Shown here one piece after another: positions 10,989-21,400 of a DNA stretch of 64,000 bases. The first letter of the stretch is position 1. Every line of letters begins with the position of its first letter. The notes under the pieces are model-generated. The model was not told where the DNA came from and did not search any database. It worked only from the letters and a program-made list of their open reading frames with translations. The position numbers and the translations under genes were made by a program. Source of the DNA: Azolla caroliniana (taxonomy: Eukaryota > Plantae > Polypodiophyta); the NCBI GenBank assembly GCA_043228905.1, contig JBHGNT010000010.1:20088001-20152000 (forward strand). The letters run 5' to 3'.

Positions 10989-11519
10989 TGTCGTGAAGAA
11001 AACCGGCCATAGGCGGAATCGGAGAGAAAGCGCGTAAACTGGCCCCTACACGGATGGACGCATGACTGGATACTTTGTACGCGAACCGATGGATGTGACT
11101 ACTAAGCCACACGCATTTATTAGAGGGGATTGTGCGTATCCCAAAGGGGGACAGGGAATAAAAAGGAAGAGGAGAAAGAAAGAGGGGATCGCGCGCGAGG
11201 GGGAAGGAAAAAGCGTTGCTGCAAAAGGGAAGTCAAACTCTCTCTCTACTCCTCGAGCCGTCGTTCTTTGTGGGTCCTTCGCCGCCTGTGGGAGTGTGTT
11301 GCCTCTGCTTCATGGACAGCCCGTGTGCTTCCAGCAGAGTCGCTCCCTTTTCCCTTTGTTTCTTGGAGTCGGGTGACTGTCGTCGGTGTGCGTGAGTAGG
11401 GTCCCTATGTCGGGTCCGTCGCCGCCTCGTCGGTTGTAACTGTCAGGGTTTGTAATCTCTTGTCATTATAATCAAGTGTTGCGATTCTATCTCTTTCCTT
11501 CTCGCTTTTCGTGTCGGTG

Positions 11520-11562
<43 letters not shown>

Positions 11563-11620
11563 GGTCCAAGACCCCCGTGGTCCCGCCCCTTTCCACACGT
11601 ACGCACATAATAACGCGACA
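10989..11620 (+). repeat. 3' LTR of the middle gypsy element (632 bp, internal (CT)n tract)
   Basis: Starts TGTCG right after the PPT and ends CGACA; integrase-like coding sequence of another element follows immediately. Partner LTR is not in the window. Confidence 0.75.
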
Positions 11621-12390
11621 ACGTTTAATCTCGCGGAGCTCGACGGGACCCGAATGACGACTCTAGTGGTCGGGAAGCGGATAAAGGCCTTCAAAAGGTG
11701 GAGCGAGGCAGAACCGAACCCAGGAGCCGAAAGCGCCAGCTCAGAAGGGGAGGACGAGTAGCAGATGGCCTAGAATCCCTCACTAAATCGTTGCTCGGCA
11801 CATAACAGAGTATGTGCGGTTTAGTGGGGGTGGATGTCATGAAGATTTCGGGCCATCGGTAGAAACAATGTGAAACGCTCGGGATCACTGGTGTGCACGA
11901 GTGCACACCCCTAGTGAATTAGATAGTGTAAGAACTAGTCATAGAAAAAGGGAGGTGTACTAGGTAGTTAAAGCATTAATAGGGATTCAGACATCACGTA
12001 AGTAGGGAGAGTTACGAGGAGAGCGAATCAGGGGGGGGGGGGGAGGAAATTGTAGGAAGTTAAAGCGACAAGGCCATGAATGCTCTGTAACGGTCACTCC
12101 TTGTGCTATAAAAGGGGCAACCCTCGACTGTTTTAAAGGATGTCAATTTGCTAGAGGAAGAAAAAGAGAGAGAGACAGAGGAGAAAGGAAACAGAAACCA
12201 AAGAAGGCAAGGAGTCCTACGACGTGCCATCAGAGGGCGCTTCCCCTGCTCGCGTCAGACGCCCGAGTGCTCCCGACCAGGGGATCGACCTTCTGTGTGC
12301 CCACTCGTCTCCGTATCTGACTACTATAGAGCCTACACTCGAACACCGGCACTGATCCGGTTGTAATCACCCACAGCGCCACGCACATAT
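11621..12390 (+). mobile_element. 3' end of a third, related gypsy element (integrase C-terminus, PPT, LTR from 11835; right end uncertain)
   Basis: 11621 reads TFNLAELDGTRMTTLVVGKRIKAFKR, homologous to TYHLADGTRLAVPVARKQIKAFKK of the middle element. The same PPT type, GGTTTAGTGGGGGTGGA, is followed by TGTCATGAAG. Confidence 0.8.
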
Positions 12391-15300
12391 ATTGATTAAT
12401 AGAAGCTTATCCACCTAATGACTCACGCAGATTTTTTGTTTTAACATTGAGAATTCTTTTTGGTACAAGTGGTTTAGAAGATAATTCTTCAAAAGTAACC
12501 AAAGTTTCAGTTGTAGCTATATTGTCGCAAGAACCTAAAAGTTCTTTTAGACGACTTACATGAAAAATTGGATGAATTTCAACGCCATCGGGCAGTGCGA
12601 GACGATAGGCTGATGAACCTAATCATATGTTTTAGACCTCAACAATGACCTCTTCATTTTTTTTTGAACGTAAAAATGTGGTTGTTTAACAAAAAAACAT
12701 GATAACGATCATCAATAAACTGCTCTGATGTGAGAGGAAGCATTTCTTCAGAATCTTGATCTTGGTGATCTATAAGTGTGTGGTGGAGACATTCCTTGAA
12801 GGAGCTTGATCTATAAAAACTGGTGATTATTAGTGTATGTTCACGAAGGGAGAGAAAGAAGAATGTGATTTGGATTGGATCTCAATTGTTGAGCCTCCTT
12901 GAAGATGGCAACGAGAATATAGGCATTGGCCAATATCCACCCTTAACTGGCAAATTATTCTTAACAATCCCCTTGGAGTTGATGACATGGATGGCTAAAG
13001 GATTAAAACCTATTTGCATTACAAACCGATTAGTTTTATACGAAACATAACAATTGCAACATTCTTGAGTCGGTAAAAATTTGTCAATTATATGAAATCT
13101 ATAAGAAGCACTTCATAAATCCAATGGACAACCCAATCTTGAATGCATATTTAATCATGTATAAAAGACACACATTCGACATTAAAACCGTAAACTATGT
13201 TTTCTAGCACCCATAAAAATAATAGACACATAATTCAGTATATACATAGTATCTGTTGTCCTCATGTGTATCGATCCTAATGTCATCACAAAGTTTGACA
13301 AATTTTCTTCATAGGTTGGCATCACATCTTGTGCACAAACTTGTATACATCTACTTACTAAAGATTGATCATTCATTAATTGTAGGTTTTCGACAAGTGC
13401 ATTGCCTCAATTGGGTTGTGATCATGACCTCAAATATTCAGTAAACTCTCATGTAGCCCCTATAAAAAAAAACATTTGTTATCTCATTGGTTTGGAAACT
13501 TTAAATTAGCTTTTGAAAATTTCGAAGGTTTCAAGCATTCAAAGTAAGTTCATCCTAAAACTTCTACATTCAAAGATGATTTATGTTCTTAGTGGGAGGA
13601 AGTTTAGATTGTCAATGCTCTTTGCATTTGGAGTTGTAGCATGAAATAATATGGTGTTTTCTCTAAAAAAGACAATTCCAAACGTTCATTGATGGAATTG
13701 TCTTTCCAATTGGTTGAAACCAAATCATTTTGGGAATATCTCAAATGCTTCAAAATTGAATCAAGAAGTTGCCTAATGCACAACACTTTTTATGTAAAGC
13801 ATTATTAGTGGAATTTAATCTATTCAATTAAAATTCTTGTACAAGATGGGTGTTGCATATAAACTGCTTAGAAAGCTCTTGTAAACGAAATACCTCATGA
13901 AATAGCAATTCATTTCATAACATTCATATTTTACCCTCTTTAAAAACAAATGTACACACAATTATTCATTGAGATGGAGTGTATTAAGTAGGTTATATGA
14001 AACAAAAAAAGATTTAATGAAATCCTTGAAAACAAATGAAGATTATACATGGATTCAAAAGTATGGATAGTTTTGCCTAGTGTCTAACAATGATCTCATC
14101 ACTCTTAGAAAAAAGAGGAGGACCCATGTAGATTAACAACACGTGTTAGTGTGGGCTATTGAGAAGTTTATATCTATAGTGTGGGTGCCTATAAAGTGGA
14201 GTGTCCAAATCTCGGTTTCAATGGGTGTTTGGTTCAGTAGTTTTAGGTAGACTTTTGAGTATCTAAGGTCTTGGGGATTATAACATAATTGTCACATGGG
14301 ACTACATAGCCCCCACACTTATGGATTTATTTAGATTGAGATGAGGGGTGTCATGGAAACCCTCATTGATTTTGTGGTGGGCTGATAGGATATCGTAGTC
14401 CATCTTCTACTATATTTCAACTTTGTAATTAATACATTACTCTTTATGAAAAAAAGATAGTGTGTGTATTTGTATGTACATTTTGAGAATTTCATAAAGT
14501 GACAGTAGTTTGGAAGGCCCAATAATAATAATAACTTACGGCGGTAACACTTGTGGTTTGTACTTGCATTCGAGATATTCGTTATAAAGTTCTCCACACT
14601 TGTACTTTGGGCTCACGAAGAGTAAATATTTCAAGTCATGGATTTTATGTTGGGATTATGTACGCTAATGGCTTGCTCCTAAAACCACAACTTCATGAAT
14701 CCTATTTCCAAAGGTTCCTCGATCTCTTTGGGGATTCTTATCGTCTTAAGCTTTTTCTTCACAAGTTTTGCATTATCGTTGTCTTTCTATCAATCACCAA
14801 GCGTCTTGCCTTTCAAATTTTGGCCATGCCTAAAAGGGTGTGTCATCGTATTCCGTTCAATTGATTGTAGGATGGGTTTTACAGTAAGATGTGGAAGAAT
14901 GCAACGTCAACAAGGTGAAGGCTTGCTTGTGAATATGTGCTTCTCCATTAGTTGGTTGCATGGCAAACTCTAAACCAATAAACATGACACATGATGATTG
15001 AAGTCTTATTAAGTTCCTATCGCTTTAATAAGGCAATGATTGGTTTGTTTGATTGGATGACGCTTCAATATTGTTCTTGATGGCAATGATATGAGACACT
15101 CATATACATGTGGATGGGAGGTCTTCCACTAAAATGCTAGGGAACTGCCCACATGTGAACACAAAGAATAACTCTAGGGCATTAGGGGGAAAAGAAGAGT
15201 CAATGTTATGTATGTTGATCAAGCATGAGAAAACATTACGAGTTAACCTCTTATTCAAGTGGCAGGGATGGCGGTTGTCGGAATGTGACCCATGAGACAA

Positions 15301-15399
15301 GGACCCTCACCTATGCCCTACACACACAATATGTACGAACATGTGACACATACAAGTCTTCGTATCATTCATTACATTAAACCTAATTTAGAGACTCTC

Positions 15400-15587
15400 T
15401 CTTTTTGTTATTAGCTTACCCTATTGGTAAGTTGTTACACTACGAGCCACTATGTCTTGGGTTTGAAACCCAAATTTACTCACCTCTCCATTATATACTT
15501 CATAGATATCTCTTTATATAGGGATTGAACCCATGACCTCCTTGTCTCCATTGGAGAACCTTACCAACTGAGCTACACCCATCATGC
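15400..15587 (-). mobile_element. tRNA-derived SINE-like element with 20-bp target-site duplication
   Basis: Minus strand A-box TAGCTCAGTTGG (15564-15575) and B-box GGTTCAATCC (15522-15531), short A-rich tail. Flanking direct repeat AACCTAATTTAGAGACTCTC at 15380-15399 and 15588-15607. Confidence 0.75.
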
Positions 15588-15650
15588 AACCTAATTTAGA
15601 GACTCTCCCTCTCTCTCTTTCTTTTCCATGCCTACATATACATGTACAAT

Positions 15651-15654
<4 letters not shown>

Positions 15655-15695
<41 letters not shown>

Positions 15696-15858
15696 GTTAA
15701 CTTTTCCTTTATTCTACAAGAAAGATCATGCAAACTCAAGTAACATGACCAAGCATATATAGGGATGTGGTACATTGGCGTAGATTATGTCACGAATGTC
15801 AATTATATCAACAAAGAAGGTTAATGCATGAATCGCAAGAAGGATTGTTAGCTATAAG

Positions 15859-15911
<53 letters not shown>

Positions 15912-16190
15912 TCCCTTATTTCTCCCTCATTCCACAAGGAAGATCGTGCAAACTAAGTAACATGGCCAAGCATGTATAGGGATGTGAAGATCATGCAAAC
16001 TAAGTAACATGGCCAAGCATGTATAGGGATGTGAAGATCATGCAAACTAAGTAACATGGCCAAGCATGTATAGGGATGTGGTACATTGTTACAGATCATG
16101 TCACGAATGTCAATTATATCAACAAAGAAGGTTAACAAAGAAGGTTAATGCCTGAATCTCAAGAAAGATTGCTAGCTATAAGATATTTTC
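15655..16190. repeat. Tandem duplication (about 230 bp) whose second copy contains a 3 x 47-bp array (15940-16080); (AT)n and (CT)n tracts
   Basis: Unit AAGATCATGCAAACTAAGTAACATGGCCAAGCATGTATAGGGATGTG starts at 15940, 15987 and 16034, with a single variant near 15722. Confidence 0.9.
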
Positions 16191-16320
16191 TAAGTGGGAT
16201 TTAGATATTATTGGACCATTACTAGTTGTAGTGGTTGCAAAGTATACATTTAGATCGTCATATATATAGAGAGAGAGAGAGAGAGATATCATTGTCTTTA
16301 CCCCTTGCTTCTCCTTCATT

Positions 16321-16372
<52 letters not shown>

Positions 16373-16414
16373 TCTACTCCTTGTTTCATGAGAGGGAAGG
16401 GAAAGGAAGGTGCC

Positions 16415-17461
16415 ATGAGCTCCAATGGTGCACATCCATGGCTTCTCTATGGCCTCATCATCATGCTCTCCTCATATGTTGTGGTCGACCTCATCTCCAA
16501 CACCTTCCACCCCTCCAGCACCACCACGGGGAGCGGTCTCCCCGCCGTCAACATTTTCCGAGACACCGCATGCACAAGCCTTGCAAAGGTGCCGATCCCG
16601 GTGGTGCAGGAGCCCCCACAATGCCGAACCCTCGAAGGCCACATGGAGGAGGTGCCCATCGCGACATTGGCATGGGAGACGAGGAAGGAGGAGGATCCGT
16701 GGCGCCAGATGAAGTGGACGGGGAGATCGGCCACGTGCCGTGTGAAAGGGCACCTCATCGAGAAACTCGAGCCCGAGAACAACTTCCGGAGGGGGTTCGC
16801 GCTCCGTTTTGTGGAGGACGTGGAGGACAAGACCCACCTCCTCCCATGGCTCCTCGCGTCCCAAGAAGACCTCAATTCTGCGGCCCGCCGGGTCTACCTA
16901 GACCTCGGGGCCAACGCATTCTCCACGAGCATCACGTGGTTCATGCACATGTACCCGTGCGACTTCACCGAGGTCCACGCCTTCGAGATCGACCCCAACC
17001 TCCTACGGATCCCGGCCAACGATAGCTTCGTCGAAGACTCCAACTATGCCAACTCTAACGAGTTCGCACGCCGCGTCAAGTCAAAGCCCGGCGTGCCCTC
17101 GTGGATGCTCCCGCGGATCCACGTGTACAATGCGTTCGTGAGTGATGATGCCCAAGGCATCGACAACAAGAAGTCGGTCGACATCACGCGGTTCATCAAG
17201 GAGGAGCTCCGCTTGTCTCCCCAAGACACCGTGGTCGTGAAGATGGACATCGAGGGGAGCGAGTGGCCCATCCTCCGGCACTGGATGGACGACCCCGACA
17301 TGGCCGCCATTATCGATGAGCTCTTCGTAGAGGTGCACTACGATCACCCGAGCATGCGCGCGTTTCATTGGGCGATGTTCGCACCCACTACTCGTGATGA
17401 TGCATTCCGACTCCTCGCCGAGTTGAGGTGGCGCGGCTTTTTCGTGCATCCATGGCCGTAA
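16415..17461 (+). CDS. Membrane-anchored SAM-dependent methyltransferase-like protein (FkbM/Methyltransf_21 type), intronless, about 348 aa
   Basis: N-terminal hydrophobic anchor WLLYGLIIMLSSYVVV; RVYLDLGAN...VHAFEIDP; VVVKMDIEGSEW; IDELFVEVHY; GC-rich codon usage. Alternative in-frame ATG at 16388. Confidence 0.85.
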   Translation: MSSNGAHPWLLYGLIIMLSSYVVVDLISNTFHPSSTTTGSGLPAVNIFRDTACTSLAKVPIPVVQEPPQCRTLEGHMEEVPIATLAWETRKEEDPWRQMKWTGRSATCRVKGHLIEKLEPENNFRRGFALRFVEDVEDKTHLLPWLLASQEDLNSAARRVYLDLGANAFSTSITWFMHMYPCDFTEVHAFEIDPNLLRIPANDSFVEDSNYANSNEFARRVKSKPGVPSWMLPRIHVYNAFVSDDAQGIDNKKSVDITRFIKEELRLSPQDTVVVKMDIEGSEWPILRHWMDDPDMAAIIDELFVEVHYDHPSMRAFHWAMFAPTTRDDAFRLLAELRWRGFFVHPWP

Positions 17462-18406
17462 GAGAATCCGTCTGTCCAAACACACACATTTCGTGCATCC
17501 ATGGCCGTAAGAGAATCCGTCTGTCCGAACACACACACAACACACCCGAAGGGGGGACCATTTCTTTTCCTCATGGTATCTCAAGCATCATCACTTCATA
17601 CTATTTCCCAAAGAATCATGTTTTAAACCATTTGCTCTTAAGGGTATTTATAGACTAGTTATAAAATAAAATTATCTTGGAGTTCCCATTTTGTTTAGTT
17701 ACCGGACCCGCATTTGTGCACCCACGATCGAAAGTGCCCCGTTTCCAAATTCATACCTACATACAATATAGTTTGTGAGACTTCAAAGACATCTTGCCCT
17801 AGGGATCACCTCCATTTGTGTCTTTGTGTTTGCTAAAAGATAGATATATATCTTTTTAAGATCCATAGGAGAATCGAGAGTGCGATCTATGAGACAGGGC
17901 CTAGCCCATGGCAAGGATTAAACCCTAGATTATCTCCATTTTATGGCCTTAATGCTATGGCGTAAACCACCAAGCCAACAACCAAAGGCGGGGAGGGTTC
18001 ACATGCATTTGCCTTGCTATATCGTGGCCTCAACCACTGCCTCCTCTTACCATCATCTTGTTCTTGCTAGGGTTTTGGTGGCTTGAAATAATTTAGGTGT
18101 TCCTTCATATTGGTGGCTCAATTGTGTGCCCATTTGTTTGTTTTTCCCATATTGGATGTTTGGTTTTTTCTAATTCTAGTTTTATATCAATGTAGTGGTC
18201 ATGTAATTTGCCCTAGGCACCTTGCGAATAACATGACAAACAAATTGTGTCCAGTGTCCACTAGTGGGTGAGAGTATATTGCTCGAAGATTGTGTCCACT
18301 AGTGGGTGACAATGATTGTCATGTCTTGAAGACTTCTAATGCATAGACACAAACATCACATGTTTGTCATTGTTCTTGAAACTCTCATAATATCCAACTT
18401 TGTCCC

Positions 18407-18441
<35 letters not shown>

Positions 18442-21400
18442 TAAGTTGGGAATCGATATGGCCAAGGAGTAATGTCTTAGAAGAGGTCATCCTCAAAGTT
18501 GCAAGTATGCAATGTTGATTATGAAAGAAAACGTAAAAGTAGAGTTGTGTAAGGTGTCATTTAGTGGGTAAATCTTGTAAACCCAATGACTCGTAAAAAA
18601 GTAATAGTTTGTCGATTGATGTGAAAGCAACAAGACCTTACACTCGGGTTTTGCACTTTCACAAATGATGACTTCTAAGCTATTTTATATATGTCATCGA
18701 TTTGATGTGTTATAACTTATACCGGACACAAAATTGGATAACATTGAGCATGGTCACTCTTTTCTTTTATGAGGGAAACATTATCCATTGCTTTTCTTAT
18801 AGCTTGTATTTTGTATCAAATTGTGGTGCCACATTGAGGGCTTCATCCATGGGGTTTCTTTTATGGAAGTAAGGTATACTTAAAATGTTTGCTTTGTACA
18901 AGGTTTTTTATTTCTTTTAAGATTCACCTTGGTATTAATTGAAAGATGCCCAAACGCTATAAAGAACTCATACATGAAAACACAACCACGATAACCACAT
19001 CAACCAACATGTCGAATAGCAAAAGCCCTAACGCAACTACCTTAGAAATTGCATTTACACATCTAAAATCAAGATCCTTCCATAATAAGGGGTGGAAAGA
19101 GCCACCTTGGCGGAGCATATCTCCACTTCATTCTCTCCCCAAAAGAGGTGAAGATCTTTGCCTTTGTCCACATTTCTCTAAAATATTGTTGCTTACGAAA
19201 CACATCATCGGGCTCACCAATTATTGCCTCATATTGACCTCTTAGAGTATTCAAAAGCATCAACCATATCTCCTTGACTAATTCAACCACATTATGTTAT
19301 AGCTTTAGGAATTAGGTAGACTATTACATCTAAACATGGCGCAGTGATATCCGAAGGTTCAATATGTAAATATTTGATAGATGGGAAGTTCAAGAATCCC
19401 CAAGATAAGAGTATGTAGGAAACTCTTTTTCGAAAGCAATATACACATATTTAAGGCAATGTAGTAGTTTTCTACACATAATGTTGAATATGGTTCAATA
19501 AAATTTACATGTGATGATTGTGTTGATATTGTTTTATAGGATGTTTATACGATTGATTCATGTAACCTCTAGATATATTCCCACCTAAAAGAGTAATTTA
19601 TGAGAAGCGATCCATTTTGTATACGTATGGAAGGCATGAACTAAAGAAACGTGCAACAATATAAAAATAAAAAAAGATTGAATGGTCAACAACAAAATGA
19701 AGTCTTTTGGATACCAATTTTCAAAGCAATTTGTTGACACTTTCTTAAGCATACTACTTATTCATTATTATGAGTTGGAGACTTGATCAAGGTTTTAAAA
19801 TTGACTTTGAATGACATTAGTTGGTTTCAAACTGGTGAGGGCATGGGGCATTGCCTTCTTAGAGAGTAAGAGAAAAAGAGATTTTATGGCTGCCCTTAAA
19901 GGTCAAAGATATCCAAAGGACAAAAATTGGAAAATATATTTTGTATGGGTCGGTATATGTCTCAAAATGTTACAATTTTTTTATAATAAGCATTGCAATC
20001 AAGAGTGCCATGCGGTGATTGAGAAAGAAAGGTGGTGATGGGAATATGTAAATGCTGAGAATACATGAGAAAAACTATGTTGAATGTGATCGAAGGTAGA
20101 GCATGGTAGAACTTTCTTGGGGTAAAACACACGGTCAATGAATTTCATGCGATTCGGAGAAGAAGATAGTTTTGTGCAACATGTATAATATAATGTGTGA
20201 AGCCTAAGCCATAACATTCTCTTCCAAATTGTGATGAATTCATCGTACAAGAATACCTTAGTGCATTGAAAATCTATTTGATGCATCATGAAGCACGTGT
20301 AATGCGAACCATCACCCAAACCATTTCTTCCTTTTTTAATAATCATAATGAAAATCTTGGACACAATATTGGGGCCTTTCAAGCTTCGGAATGTGCAAAA
20401 ATGGTTCTCCCTCAACCAACAGGAAATAGATCCGTTAGGGAAGTTTTGGAGTTGTCACTCATAGAAAATGCCATATCTCTCACATCACAAGGATGGCCCA
20501 CAACAATTCCACGCACATCAAGAAATGGTTCAGAATATTTAAATGGGAGTGCTTTCATCTTGCTTTTGTTATTCTTCCATGATACAATGTTGTTAGGAAA
20601 AATTATCTTGGAAAACGCATATTATTGTCTTGGAAAACTCTAGTACCCATTGTCGTTTGAGTGTCAATAACTACAAACCAAAATATTCTACGATAATTCT
20701 TGCAATCCGTACAAAATAGTGAGTCCCTTCAAACGTTGGCCTCAAGGTTCTCTCAAATCATAGATGGAATTATATGTTGGTTGGCACTTTCCATAATGGC
20801 TTAGAAATGCATTTGAGAGAATGTATAATGGAGGGGAAATGAAATTCATGCATATTGATTCTTCTTAGACACCCTAACTGTTTAGACTAAGACATTCGTG
20901 TCAGTTTTCTATCATTTCCACTTTTAAAACACAATATATTTATTTATGTTTTTCGTCCAAGTAAAGCTATATAAATCATGTTCAATCTCTTCTCCGTACC
21001 ACATAGCAACCTATTTACACAAGAAGGAATCCAAATTTTGGAGTACTTCATAGATTGTTTGTTGTTTTGCTTAAGGGATAGATCCATTCTAATGAGAAAG
21101 GAGCTTTGAGGTTTGGTTTTTGTTGATGAATATATGATCAATTTTTTTCTAAGCTAAGGTCGAAAGCAAACTAGCATTTTTCCAATGCATTTGCTGAACA
21201 ATACACCAAGCAACACATTTCTAGGAGCACCAAATTCTATGTTTTAGGTCACTTATGCTACTTACGTAAAGAAAGGTTAGGAGTATGAATGATAGTTATT
21301 CCATTCTTGCCTACACACATGTTTCTCGATATGGTTCACACATGCAAAAGCTACCAAAAATCCGTTGACATGACCTAACATTTTCTTGCAAATATATAAT

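Larger units (their letters stand above)
1..11620 (+). mobile_element. Ty3/gypsy LTR retrotransposon, middle layer of the nest (5' part outside window); pol split by the 1404-10217 insertion; 3' LTR 10989-11620
   Basis: RT-connection/RNase H (31-948), integrase HHCC and core (949-1403), resuming in frame after the insertion (DRLGV|KLSLTTAYNPEANGKVER, 10218-10919). G-rich PPT GGTTTGGTGGGGGTGGA directly precedes an LTR with inverted ends TGTCG...CGACA. Confidence 0.9.

Noticed and set aside
12480-15000. Possible Mutator/SWIM transposase relic (minus-strand QCTCRKP near 13400) and a short inverted repeat at 14148-14319
   Set aside because: Too degraded; a single short motif, and no TSD could be confirmed.
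15521-15580. Functional tRNA gene
   Set aside because: A/B boxes are present but there is no convincing acceptor stem or anticodon arm; it is flanked by a TSD and has a diverged second copy, so it is treated as a SINE.
15940-16080. 47-bp direct repeats as a possible CRISPR array
   Set aside because: Units are contiguous with no unique spacers, there are no cas genes, and the context is eukaryotic.
16235-16414. N-terminal extension of the 408-aa ORF (ERERER)
   Set aside because: Non-ATG start and translation of a (GA)n microsatellite in the 5' UTR.
17890-17980. Another SINE-like head on the minus strand (TGGCTTGGTGG...GGTTTAATCC)
   Set aside because: Weak boxes, and no TSD or tail identified.
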